From NCBI GenBank assembly GCA_964448075.1, contig CAYUUR010000001.1, positions 1,785 through 65,784 of the forward strand: a stretch of DNA of 64,000 nucleotides, written 5' to 3'. A program made the translations under genes and the position numbers. Each line of letters opens with the position of its first letter. Positions within the stretch are counted from its first letter, which is position 1. Source of the DNA: an uncultured Candidatus Saccharibacteria bacterium (GTDB taxonomy: Bacteria > Patescibacteriota > Saccharimonadia > Saccharimonadales > CAYUUR01). The notes beneath the pieces were generated by a model. It saw nothing but the letters and a program-made list of their open reading frames with translations. It was not told the origin of the DNA and made no database searches. Shown here piece after piece: positions 1-9,651 of the stretch.

Positions 1-628
1 TAAAGTGCCATGGCTCGTAGCTATAGCCCACTATGGATTCCATGCCCGGTGGGTAGCGAAGAATATACCCATAGGTATGGGCGTTCTTGGCAAGCCATTT
101 TGCGGTTTTTGTGTCTTTAAAACAATCTTCGATTACACATATGCCATCGGTGCCACTTAGGTCTATGGCCAAACCGGTTTGATGCTCGCTATAGCCTGGT
201 TTGGCGCTGTAGCGATTAGCAGCTGCTTGCCCATCCTGATCCACGTAGCGATTATAGACGGATTCTTGTAAAGAATACGATCGGTAGCCGCTAGCCAACA
301 TCAACGGCAGTCCTGTCTTTTTGGCCGCTCTTGCCAGTTGCTCTAATGCTGTTGCAGCATCATCACGCAGTTGCATTTCTGTGCTTGAATTACGGAGCAT
401 AATGTCTGGATAACGCATGTTTTTGGGCGTATAGTCACTCGGTAAGCGACGTTTTTTGTTTACAACTACCCATTGACTGTCAGGCTTACTGAGCGAATAC
501 ATGCTCTTGTTGAAAGTGCTTTGTTGTGTGGAGCTAGTTGGTGTTACGGCTTTTTCTGGTCGTAACAGCAGCCACGCAGTTACGCACAAAAATACCAGGA
601 TTCCGAAAGCAAAGAGTTTTTTAGGCAT
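1..628 (-). CDS. VanY-like D-alanyl-D-alanine carboxypeptidase (peptidase M15B); C-terminus beyond window edge
   Basis: Own minus-strand translation from ATG (626-628): MPKKLFAFGILVFLCVTAWLL (membrane anchor) ... LASGYRSY ... SEHQTGLAIDL ... YEPWHF. These are the zinc-ligand motifs of M15B D,D-carboxypeptidases. Missing from the ORF track because no stop lies in the window. Confidence 0.75.
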   Translation of the reverse strand, partial: MPKKLFAFGILVFLCVTAWLLLRPEKAVTPTSSTQQSTFNKSMYSLSKPDSQWVVVNKKRRLPSDYTPKNMRYPDIMLRNSSTEMQLRDDAATALEQLARAAKKTGLPLMLASGYRSYSLQESVYNRYVDQDGQAAANRYSAKPGYSEHQTGLAIDLSGTDGICVIEDCFKDTKTAKWLAKNAHTYGYILRYPPGMESIVGYSYEPWHF

Positions 629-705
629 GACTAGTAGTATAGCAATGTTACTATGATTCTTCTTTTGCTTGCGAGTACTACTGTTTTCAATTAGAGTTAT
701 CTGTA

Positions 706-1635
706 ATGTCTAAGAAGAAAGTGCCGCAGCCAGAAGATTATATTCGTCCGCTGTTTATTGATGGCATGCATGGGCGCGTCCTAAGGATGCCGCCTCCTGC
801 TGGAAAAACTCGAGAGATTCTCTTTGTGTACGGCCATCATTCTACGTTAGAACGTTGGTGGGGTGTTATGCAGGATCTCAATCAGTATGGAGCGGTCACC
901 ATGCCTGACCTTCCTGGATTTGGTGGAATGGACAGCTTCTACAAGAACGGTTCAGAACCAACCATAGATAATTTGGCCGATTACCTCGCGTCATTTATAA
1001 AGCTGTTCTACAAACGCCGTCGTGTGACGATAGCAGGTCTGTCGTTTGGTTTTGTAGTTGTGACCAGGATGTTACAACGCTACCCTGAGCTTGCCAAGAA
1101 AGTTGATCTGCTCGTTAGTGTGGTTGGCTTTGCCCATAAAGACGACTTTGTATTCACCAAACCTCGTTATTACAGTTATCTAGGGCTAGCAAAAGCAGTC
1201 AATGGCAAATATCGTGCCAAAGTCTTCCGTGCTTTGTTTCTTAATAGGTTTGTTTTAAAAATGGCTTATGCAAAAACTCGTAACGCCAAACAGAAATTCA
1301 TTGATAAATCCGCAGATGAATTTGCAGAAACCATGCAGAATGAAATAAAACTATGGCACGTCAATGACGTGCGTACCCGTGTATGCACAGTTATTCAATT
1401 CCTGCAGCTCAACAACTGCACTCAACAGGTTGATTTGCCCGTGTGGCATGTGTCTGTAAAAGCAGATCGATACTTTGATAATCATATGGTAGAACAACAC
1501 ATGCGCGTGATATTTAACGACTTCCATGATGTGCCGTCGAAGATGAAGACTCATGCTCCAAGTATTATTGCCAGTAAGAAGTCAGCTGCCGCTCTATTGC
1601 CAAACAGAATCCGCCAGTTATTGTCTGAATCCTAA
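706..1635 (+). CDS. alpha/beta-fold hydrolase
   Basis: 309 aa; nucleophile elbow GLSFG and overall alpha/beta hydrolase layout; no closer assignment possible. Confidence 0.55.
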   Translation: MSKKKVPQPEDYIRPLFIDGMHGRVLRMPPPAGKTREILFVYGHHSTLERWWGVMQDLNQYGAVTMPDLPGFGGMDSFYKNGSEPTIDNLADYLASFIKLFYKRRRVTIAGLSFGFVVVTRMLQRYPELAKKVDLLVSVVGFAHKDDFVFTKPRYYSYLGLAKAVNGKYRAKVFRALFLNRFVLKMAYAKTRNAKQKFIDKSADEFAETMQNEIKLWHVNDVRTRVCTVIQFLQLNNCTQQVDLPVWHVSVKADRYFDNHMVEQHMRVIFNDFHDVPSKMKTHAPSIIASKKSAAALLPNRIRQLLSES

Positions 1636-1655
1636 AGTGCTATAATACCTACAAG

Positions 1656-2795
1656 ATGAAAGTAGGGTTAGTCTGTCCGTATCATATTTTTCGTGGAGGT
1701 GGCGTCCAGGAATGCGTCTTTGCCATCCAGAAGGAGCTAACCTCACGTGGGCATACAGCCAAGATTATTACTCCCCTGCCTCGTGATGTAACAGATGAAG
1801 ACCGACATAATGAGTCGGTCGTTTTTGTTGGAACATCTGCCAATGTTAAGTCGCCCTTCCATACCACCGCGCAAGTTTCTGTAAGTCTAGACAGTAGTCA
1901 AATGAATACAATGCTCGAAGCAGAGCAATTTGATGTATTACATTTTCACGAGCCATGGGTACCAATCATGTCAAGACAGTTATTGACGCAATCAGGTGCC
2001 GTTAATGTTGCGACGTTTCACGCTAAGCTTCCAGAGACAGTTATGTCAAAGACTATCGAGAAAGTCATCACCCCGTATACCAAATCAGTTCTCAAATACA
2101 TTGATAGTTTCACTGCAGTTTCAGACGCAGCCGCCCAGTATGTCCGTACGGTGACTAATGAGCCGATTTCAATCGTTCCGAACGGTATTGATCTAAAGAA
2201 ATTCAAAGCTGTAAAAGCACGTCCTGTTTCGGATGCGCCTGTTTTAAGCTTCGTTGGACGACTCGAAAAGCGCAAGGGCGTGAAGTACCTCATCAAGGCG
2301 TTCGCACAATATCAAACCGTTAACTCAAAAGCCGAACTAAGGATTGCTGGTGATGGGCCTGACCGTGTCAAATTGGAGCAAATGGTGCACGATGAACGTA
2401 TACGTAATGTCACCTTCCTTGGCTATGTTTCTGATACCGAGAAGCAACAACTATTTGAGGAATCAGATCTGTTTTGCTCGCCGGCTTTATACGGCGAAAG
2501 TTTTGGGATTGTGCTCCTGGAAGCGATGGCAAAGGGATTAGTGACGATTGCCGGCGACAACCCAGGCTATGCTGCTGTAATGGACGGTCGTGGTGCTTTG
2601 TCGCTTGTCAATCCACAAGACACCGAACAGTTTGCACGGCGGATCCAAATTTTGCTTGAAGACGAAGCGACTCGTAAACTTTGGCGTTCATGGGCCCATG
2701 ATTACGTGAGACAGTTTGACTACCCGCTCATTGTTGAGCAGTACCTAAAAGTATATAAACAAGCCTTGGTTCATGAGAAGAAGCGACGTGGCTGA
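1656..2795 (+). CDS. glycosyltransferase family 4 (GT-B)
   Basis: 379 aa; C-terminal E-x7-E motif GESFGIVLLEAMAKG typical of GT4. Confidence 0.8.
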   Translation: MKVGLVCPYHIFRGGGVQECVFAIQKELTSRGHTAKIITPLPRDVTDEDRHNESVVFVGTSANVKSPFHTTAQVSVSLDSSQMNTMLEAEQFDVLHFHEPWVPIMSRQLLTQSGAVNVATFHAKLPETVMSKTIEKVITPYTKSVLKYIDSFTAVSDAAAQYVRTVTNEPISIVPNGIDLKKFKAVKARPVSDAPVLSFVGRLEKRKGVKYLIKAFAQYQTVNSKAELRIAGDGPDRVKLEQMVHDERIRNVTFLGYVSDTEKQQLFEESDLFCSPALYGESFGIVLLEAMAKGLVTIAGDNPGYAAVMDGRGALSLVNPQDTEQFARRIQILLEDEATRKLWRSWAHDYVRQFDYPLIVEQYLKVYKQALVHEKKRRG

Positions 2796-3936
2796 AAAGT
2801 TAAAGATAGCCTATGTCCTTGATGATAGTCTCGATGGTACAGACGGTGTACAGCAGTATGTTCTGACCGTATCTGATTGGATGACTGCACAGGGTCACGA
2901 GTGTCATTTTCTAACGGGGCATACGACCAGAACTGACATTGCAAACGTGCATAGTACTACCAAGGTTCTCAAGGTACGCTTCAACAAGAATAGAATGGCT
3001 ACTCCACTACCTGCAAACAAAAAACGCCTCAGCACACTTCTAAGAGACCAGAGGTTCGACATTGTGCACGTACAAATGCCCTATAGTCCACTTATGGCTG
3101 GACGACTACTGCGCGCCCTACCAGGTAGTACTGCGGCTGTAGGTACGTTCCACATTTTGCCATTTGGGCGCCTTCATACGAGTGCAAATCGGCTACTCGG
3201 TAAAGTGAATAGCCGAACACTGCAGCGATTTGACACCATAGTAGCTGTTTCGCCAGCCGCACAGGAGTTTGCCAAGCATGCCTATGGCGTAAACTCTGAA
3301 GTCTTGCCAAACGCTGTGAATATGCAGAAGTTTCTTACTAAAAAACCGATGCATAATCGGCCACGCAAACTGAGAATCGTTTTCTTAGGGCGACTCGTAG
3401 AGCGTAAAGGGGCGCAAGAACTGCTCACCGCCCTTGATTACCTGCAAACGCACGAACCTGCCTTTATGGCGTCGGTAGAGTGCGTAATGGTGGGCAAAGG
3501 TAAAGACCTGAGACGCCTGCGAAATTACGTATCGAGCCATCATCTAGACCATACGGTCAGCTTTGCTGGGTTTATTGACGAAGCAGGCAAGCCTGCCTTA
3601 CTTGCCAGTGCTGATCTTGCTGTATTCCCAAGTCTTGGCGGTGAAAGCTTTGGGATTGTGCTCATAGAAGCGATGGCAGCGGGTGCTGGTGTAGTGCTTG
3701 GTGGCGATAACCCAGGCTATCGTTCTGTTCTGGGCGAGCGTCCAGAGTTGCTCTGTGATCCGCAGCAGACGCAAGCATTTGCTGAACGCATCAAGCTCTT
3801 GCTCACCGACCAGGAACTTCACAATAGATTGCATGCCTGGCAAACAAGAAAAGTCCATCAATACGACATAGCACAAGTCGGGCCAAAACTGCTATCATAC
3901 TACCAAGCAGCGATAAAGCAGCATAAACGGGGGTAA
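2773..3936 (+). CDS. glycosyltransferase family 4 (GT-B), paralog of preceding gene
   Basis: 387 aa; GESFGIVLIEAMAAG motif; overlaps upstream GT4 by 23 nt, so probably co-translated. Confidence 0.8.
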   Translation: MRRSDVAEKLKIAYVLDDSLDGTDGVQQYVLTVSDWMTAQGHECHFLTGHTTRTDIANVHSTTKVLKVRFNKNRMATPLPANKKRLSTLLRDQRFDIVHVQMPYSPLMAGRLLRALPGSTAAVGTFHILPFGRLHTSANRLLGKVNSRTLQRFDTIVAVSPAAQEFAKHAYGVNSEVLPNAVNMQKFLTKKPMHNRPRKLRIVFLGRLVERKGAQELLTALDYLQTHEPAFMASVECVMVGKGKDLRRLRNYVSSHHLDHTVSFAGFIDEAGKPALLASADLAVFPSLGGESFGIVLIEAMAAGAGVVLGGDNPGYRSVLGERPELLCDPQQTQAFAERIKLLLTDQELHNRLHAWQTRKVHQYDIAQVGPKLLSYYQAAIKQHKRG

Positions 3937-3941
3937 CAACC

Positions 3942-5042
3942 ATGAAGCTCTTCACAAAAAACAGTGGTTTAACCATCAATATATCAAGTCAGGCAATCGT
4001 TCGAGCCGTCGTTATCATTGCAATTACATTATTGGGTTTGCGTTTTCTAACTCAAATCAGCTATCAGCTGACGCTCATCTTTACTGCGGCTTTTTTGGCG
4101 TTAGCGCTTAACCCCGCAGTATCATGGATTGCCGACCGTTTACGAAGTAAAAGTCGGGCTCAAGCGACCGGTATGGCCTATATACTCGTTATTCTTGTTC
4201 TAGGCGCATTTGTGGCTTTTGTGGTACCACCAATTGTGCGTCAAATGGTTGACTTTGCGAAGGACATACCAAGTACGATCAGTACAGTCAGCGACCAGGA
4301 TTCTCCGGTCGGTAATTTTGTACGCCGCAATAATCTGCAGGACGAAATCGATAGTATTAGTCAGGAACTCAAAGGCAAAGTTAACCAAGTACCAAGCACG
4401 GTCATAAGTACGGCGAGCTGGGTTGGTGGTGCCGTGTTCTCTACAATTACCGTGATAGTACTATCATTCATGATGCTTATTGAAGGGCCGCGCTGGTTTG
4501 AACGCCTATGGCAGGTTCAACCGAAAGAAAAACGAAAGCACCGACGTGATCTGGCGCACCGTATGTATCGGGTTGTTACATCGTACGTGAACGGACAGGT
4601 ATTGATTGCGCTCATCGCTTCATTGTTTTCTATGGCAGCTTTACTCATTGCTAGTACTATCACCGATTCATCGATAAATGTGGTGGCTATGGGCGGTATT
4701 GTGTTCTTGCTTGGGCTCATACCGTTAATTGGTAATACCATCGCGGCAGCGATAGTTATACTGGTTTCGTTATTTAGTTCGCTTGCCTTAGCGATAACGA
4801 TGGCAGTGTTCTTTATTGTCTATCAGCAAGTCGAGAATGCTACTCTCCAACCATATATTCAGGCCAAGGGAAATCAACTCACGCCATTAATTGTCTTCGT
4901 AGCAGCGCTGATTGGCGCTGGCTTTGGTGGTATTCTTGGCGCCTTTGTTGCTATCCCAGTAGCTGGTTGTATACGTGTACTTATGGAAGAGCACTTTGGT
5001 GAGTTTGATGCTAACGCAGAGCCAGTCAAACAAACAAAATAG
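3942..5042 (+). CDS. AI-2E (PerM/UPF0118) family transporter
   Basis: 366 aa polytopic membrane protein with AI-2E-like arrangement of TM segments and a central soluble loop. Confidence 0.6.
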   Translation: MKLFTKNSGLTINISSQAIVRAVVIIAITLLGLRFLTQISYQLTLIFTAAFLALALNPAVSWIADRLRSKSRAQATGMAYILVILVLGAFVAFVVPPIVRQMVDFAKDIPSTISTVSDQDSPVGNFVRRNNLQDEIDSISQELKGKVNQVPSTVISTASWVGGAVFSTITVIVLSFMMLIEGPRWFERLWQVQPKEKRKHRRDLAHRMYRVVTSYVNGQVLIALIASLFSMAALLIASTITDSSINVVAMGGIVFLLGLIPLIGNTIAAAIVILVSLFSSLALAITMAVFFIVYQQVENATLQPYIQAKGNQLTPLIVFVAALIGAGFGGILGAFVAIPVAGCIRVLMEEHFGEFDANAEPVKQTK

Positions 5043-5044
5043 CT

Positions 5045-6433
5045 TTATCTAATTCTTGACCAGATTTGACCGTGTTCAGTATCACGTACAACAATCCCCT
5101 GCTCTTTGAGCGCATCGCGTAGCTCATCGGACTTAGCCCAGTCCTTTTCAGCACGAGCTTTGCTCCGGTCGGCAATCAGCCGCTTCTGATCATCGGCAAT
5201 GTCGTTGTGCCCCGTGAGGTTAATCCCAAGGTATGAATTAATAGCTTTAACGGCTGCTTCTATACCTGCCTTAGAGAATTGCAAATCAAGCACCTGATTC
5301 ACATAAGCGTCGATACTAGCCACGGCAGCTGGTGTGTTTAGGTCGTCAGCGAGTGCGTGTTTGATGTTATCTTCCAGCGTTGTTTGAACAGTTGTGTCTT
5401 CTGACATGTCCTCTTGCCACTGCAAGTCGACAGCCTCAAACCATTTGTTAAGCCGGTTCTGAGATGCAGCGAGAATGTCCCAAGTGAAGTTGCCTTCTGT
5501 ACGATAGTGTTTGCTTAGTACGAGCAATTTAAATGCAGCAAGGTCGTATTTTTTATCAATGATGTCCTGAAGCGTGTATATGTTGCCAAGCGACTTACTC
5601 ATTTTGGTGCCGTCAACTTTAATATGGTTTGCATGCAACCAAATATTAGCAAACTGTTTGCCCGTTATGGCCTCCGTCTGTGCAATTTCATTTACGTGGT
5701 GCACGGGAATATGATCAATCCCGCCTGTATGTATATCGATTTGGTCGCCAAGCAGCTCACGTGCCATTACAGAACACTCTAGGTGCCATCCGGGGAAGCC
5801 TTTACCCCACGGACTGTCCCATTCCATATCACGCTTTTCTGCTGGGTCTGAGAACTTCCAGACAGCAAAGTCTGTGGGGTTCCTTTTGCCGGTGTCAGCG
5901 ACGCGTGCCCCAAAACGCAGCCCTTCAATATCAAGCTTGGCGAGTGCGCCATAATCTTCGAGTTTACTCGTGTCAAAGTAGACGCCGTCGTCGAGCTTGT
6001 ACGTGTAGCCCTTTGTTTCTAGTTGTTCCACAAATGCAATCTGCTGTGGGATATACTCGGTTGCTCGTGGCATAAAGCTGGGACGAATCAATCCCAAGAG
6101 CTCAAAGCCTTCATGCTCGGCAATCTTAATGTATTTGTCTGCAACATCCCATGCGGTCGTACCTTCTTTAAGAGCGCTTTTGAGCATTTTGTCCTCACCT
6201 GCATCCTCATCTGATGTCAGGTGGCCAACATCGGTGATGTTTTGGACACGTTTGACGTCATACCCTTCGGCTTTTAGTGCTCGGGTCAGAACATCCCAGT
6301 ATATGTATGACACCCAATTGCCAATGTGCGGTTGACTATAAACGGTCAGACCGCAGGTATATACGGTGACAGTTTTATTGTTAATTGGTGTTAGTGTTGA
6401 TTGGTCACGGGTTAAGGTGTTGAATAATTTCAT
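5045..6433 (-). CDS. cysS: cysteine--tRNA ligase
   Basis: 462 aa; class I motifs HIGN (PHIGNW) and KMSKS; CysRS-like throughout. Confidence 0.95.
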   Translation of the reverse strand: MKLFNTLTRDQSTLTPINNKTVTVYTCGLTVYSQPHIGNWVSYIYWDVLTRALKAEGYDVKRVQNITDVGHLTSDEDAGEDKMLKSALKEGTTAWDVADKYIKIAEHEGFELLGLIRPSFMPRATEYIPQQIAFVEQLETKGYTYKLDDGVYFDTSKLEDYGALAKLDIEGLRFGARVADTGKRNPTDFAVWKFSDPAEKRDMEWDSPWGKGFPGWHLECSVMARELLGDQIDIHTGGIDHIPVHHVNEIAQTEAITGKQFANIWLHANHIKVDGTKMSKSLGNIYTLQDIIDKKYDLAAFKLLVLSKHYRTEGNFTWDILAASQNRLNKWFEAVDLQWQEDMSEDTTVQTTLEDNIKHALADDLNTPAAVASIDAYVNQVLDLQFSKAGIEAAVKAINSYLGINLTGHNDIADDQKRLIADRSKARAEKDWAKSDELRDALKEQGIVVRDTEHGQIWSRIR

Positions 6434-7449
6434 GATTGCTTTTCCTGTTGAAGTTTGTCGAGTAGTTCAGTCGCAACCTTAATACATTCTGACTTTATCT
6501 CACTGAACGGTCGACCGTCTTGCACCTTGAATCCACTGGCATATTTGTGGCCACCGCCACCAAAATGTTCTGCTAGTTCACCGCCAATCGCGTATCCATA
6601 ATTGCAGCGGATTTTAGCAGTAACCTTGTTGTCCTTGTAGATTTTAAAGGCAATAGCTACTTGTGTGTCAGTCCCCATCCGCATGTCGTCTATTACCAAC
6701 ATAGAAGGGTTGTAGAGTGGGCTGTACTTTTGAATCTCTTCCCATGGTATGTCGACTGTGGCAATGCGATTGTCGGCCGCATAGGCTATCCGCTGCAGCA
6801 ATGCACCTTTGTAATTAAGCAGCTCCGGACTCTTGCGCATCATGGCACGACGGTCGTTTTCTAGGCGAGCCAGAACAACGCCATCCTCAACGAGTTCTGC
6901 GATGACATGAATGCTGCGCGGGGTTGTTCCTTCGCTAACAAGACCCAAGCTGTCAGACATGATAGACATGGCTAGCATTTCCTTGGCGGTCAGGTTGAGC
7001 TTCCAATCAAGCTGCAGTGCAAGTTCGTATATAACCTCGCCAGTAGCAACAGCCGGTTTATTGCATGTAACTGTAGCAAAAGAAATCTTGTCATCGGTTT
7101 GATGATGATCTATCACAATGCACGGTTTTGTTTTCAGCGCGTGTTTTTGACCGGAGCGTTCTGCAGAATCAAACAGGTCATCGGCGCTCATATCAACGAT
7201 GATACTGGCGTCAAACTTCTTAGGGATTTCTTTCTGCACTCTGTCCCAGCCGGGGATGTAACGAAGATACGTTGGAACATCAACGCCACAGTACATAACA
7301 GGCTCAATACCCATGTCACCAAGTATCTGCTCGAGCGCCAGGCTACTCGCCAGACTATCACCGTCTGGATTGTCCGCCTGGAGAATGACTACGCACTGAG
7401 CATCTGATAACGTTTTACCAATTTCGGCAGCTTCTGGATAGATGATCAT
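6430..7449 (-). CDS. nrnA: DHH/DHHA1 phosphoesterase (NrnA-type oligoribonuclease/pAp phosphatase)
   Basis: 339 aa; DHH motif (VIDHHQT) and DHHA1 GGGH motif; 4-nt overlap with cysS. Confidence 0.7.
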   Translation of the reverse strand: MIIYPEAAEIGKTLSDAQCVVILQADNPDGDSLASSLALEQILGDMGIEPVMYCGVDVPTYLRYIPGWDRVQKEIPKKFDASIIVDMSADDLFDSAERSGQKHALKTKPCIVIDHHQTDDKISFATVTCNKPAVATGEVIYELALQLDWKLNLTAKEMLAMSIMSDSLGLVSEGTTPRSIHVIAELVEDGVVLARLENDRRAMMRKSPELLNYKGALLQRIAYAADNRIATVDIPWEEIQKYSPLYNPSMLVIDDMRMGTDTQVAIAFKIYKDNKVTAKIRCNYGYAIGGELAEHFGGGGHKYASGFKVQDGRPFSEIKSECIKVATELLDKLQQEKQS

Positions 7450-7477
7450 AATGTTACAAGTATAAACTCTTTTGGAC

Positions 7478-8083
7478 TTAGAGTGTAGTTCGGCCTTCGA
7501 GTGCGCGACTTAAAGTTATCTGGTCAGCGTATTCAAGATCAACACCAATCGGTATGCCACGTGCCAGACGGGTTATCTTAACTTCTTTGTCTTCTAGTTG
7601 CTTTTGTATATATAGCGCGGTTGATTCGCCTTCAACACTAGCATTTGTTGCAAGTATAATTTCCTCGACACCATCCTCGTCAATGCGCTGCAAAAGCTCT
7701 GCAATATGGAGCTGTTCTGGGCCGATGCCATCAATTGGCGAAACAAGCCCGCCCAGCACGTGATATGTGCCTTGGTAAAGGCTGGTTTTCTCAAGTGCGA
7801 GGATATCAAATGGGTCAGCGACCACAGCGACGAGCTTTTTGTTACGTCCTGGGTGCGTGTAGAGCTCTGAGAGCTCTTGGTCGCCATCAATCAGTGCGAA
7901 GGTCTTCTTGCAGAGTGTTACGTTGGCTTGAAGGCTAGAAACGGCCTCTGCGATCTGATTTGACTTTGCATTGTCTGCTCTCAGTAAATAATACGCATAC
8001 CTTTCGGCAGTGCGCGGCCCAACCCCGGGAAGTTGCCCGAGTGCGTCTATGGCATTCTGGAGTGCATTGGGCAATATTTGCAT
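7478..8083 (-). CDS. recR: recombination protein RecR
   Basis: 201 aa; N-terminal HhH (LPGVGPRTAERYAYYLL) and Toprim-like C-terminal half. The usual C4 zinc finger looks degenerate, with only one Cys in VTLCKKT. Confidence 0.88.
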   Translation of the reverse strand: MQILPNALQNAIDALGQLPGVGPRTAERYAYYLLRADNAKSNQIAEAVSSLQANVTLCKKTFALIDGDQELSELYTHPGRNKKLVAVVADPFDILALEKTSLYQGTYHVLGGLVSPIDGIGPEQLHIAELLQRIDEDGVEEIILATNASVEGESTALYIQKQLEDKEVKITRLARGIPIGVDLEYADQITLSRALEGRTTL

Positions 8084-8095
8084 GAATCGTGCTCG

Positions 8096-8389
8096 CTAGA
8101 GTCCTAGATTGCCAAGGCTGCCCATAAGTGGCTGCATCTTCTCTGCTGCCAGCTTCTGACTTTGTGCAATGGCATCTTTGACGGCTTCTTCAACCCATTT
8201 TTCGAGCTGACCGATGTCGTCGGTGTCAATCATGTCTGGGTCAATGTGGATCTTCTTGATTTTTTGTTCACCAGTAATTTCAACTTTAACGGCACCATCA
8301 CCAACTTCGACAGTGATGATTTCTTTTTGTAACTGTTTTTGCAGCTTGCGTGCTTGCATTACCATCTTGGCTTGATCAAAACGACTCAT
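8096..8389 (-). CDS. ybaB: YbaB/EbfC nucleoid-associated protein
   Basis: 97 aa; YbaB-like sequence; sits next to recR as in the conserved dnaX-ybaB-recR cluster. Confidence 0.85.
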   Translation of the reverse strand: MSRFDQAKMVMQARKLQKQLQKEIITVEVGDGAVKVEITGEQKIKKIHIDPDMIDTDDIGQLEKWVEEAVKDAIAQSQKLAAEKMQPLMGSLGNLGL

Positions 8390-8437
8390 TACATGCTCCC
8401 TTACGATTCTGTAGTATTGTGTAAATATTGTAACAGA

Positions 8438-9622
8438 TTACGGTATCTGTGTCGTAAATGTTTTCTTGGTGTCAACGTTCTTTGGCCACGCTACAAAATA
8501 GCTGTAGAGATTAAAATAAACGCTCATGCAGACGAGTAATGAAACAGCAATGAACCCGATGTTGCGTGCTATAGGATTGCGCGGGAACACCGTAAACCAT
8601 TGTTGTAACAACAGGGCGATGCCGGCTGTGATGAGTACAAAAATAAATGGCATGACAATAATGAGATTTACTGCACCGTTGAGACTCGCTAAGAGCGCTC
8701 CAATAACCCCGACGCCTACCAATGCGCGCATACGGTCAAGTACGGATGTCTTATAGAGCACGTATACGCCAAGGCCAAAGAGGATCGTCATTGCTATGTC
8801 AATGTACGGCAGACGACCAAGCCAAAGCTCTGGCTGGAACGGTGCTCGTACAAAGATATGGTACGGTGTGAGAATAAAGTTAATTAAGGCATCTTTGATG
8901 ATCAGCACTTCTGGCAGTCCAAGCCAACGCGCTATTAGTGATGTATCGTTATAAAATGCGTAGCCAAGTAGACCGACAACTGGGACGCTGAGAGCGATTA
9001 AAGCGACCACAACGCCGTTATGGACATGTTTTATCTCCTGAATTACCCGTTGCCGTTGCCAGATAATCCCTGCCAAAATAATCCAAACAAAGCCCGGTAC
9101 GAACAAGAGCGACAGTATGCTGATTCCTACTATTGCGAGAGTGAGGTTGCGTGGTTTATTGGAACGCATTCGTAGCCCTACCCACAACAACGTAATACTA
9201 AGGACATACAATACAGTTGGTGCGCCGAGGCGTGCAACATGCAGGAACCAGCTAGAAGAAACAAACAATGCAGTGGCAAGCATCGCCACCCTTGAGGTAT
9301 ACCAGGTGCGCACCACCCTGTAGAAGAATACGACTGCAACAAGCGCGAAAAACGTACTGATTGCACGTGTAGCTAACAGGCTATCAAGACCAATCACAAA
9401 AAGGAATAGCTGGATAACCTTGTGTGGCAAAAACAGTGGGTTTTGGATGAGTAGGTCAACTGTTCTGGCTGCTTCACGAGCGAGCACTTCGGACGGGCCA
9501 GCATACGGCACGAGCCTGAGTAAGCGGAACCACATGATCGAGGCGACGCTTGCGCATGCAGCACCGTAGAGTAAGCACTGTTGCCAGGTAATGGTAAGAT
9601 GTTTCCGCACGGTATCCTTCAT
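8438..9622 (-). CDS. polytopic membrane protein, possibly GT-C (ArnT/PMT-like) glycosyltransferase
   Basis: 394 aa with about 10 hydrophobic segments; family assignment is a guess from topology only. Confidence 0.3.
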   Translation of the reverse strand: MKDTVRKHLTITWQQCLLYGAACASVASIMWFRLLRLVPYAGPSEVLAREAARTVDLLIQNPLFLPHKVIQLFLFVIGLDSLLATRAISTFFALVAVVFFYRVVRTWYTSRVAMLATALFVSSSWFLHVARLGAPTVLYVLSITLLWVGLRMRSNKPRNLTLAIVGISILSLLFVPGFVWIILAGIIWQRQRVIQEIKHVHNGVVVALIALSVPVVGLLGYAFYNDTSLIARWLGLPEVLIIKDALINFILTPYHIFVRAPFQPELWLGRLPYIDIAMTILFGLGVYVLYKTSVLDRMRALVGVGVIGALLASLNGAVNLIIVMPFIFVLITAGIALLLQQWFTVFPRNPIARNIGFIAVSLLVCMSVYFNLYSYFVAWPKNVDTKKTFTTQIP

Positions 9623-9651
9623 TGTTCTTTAGTATAGCATTATTGCTTATG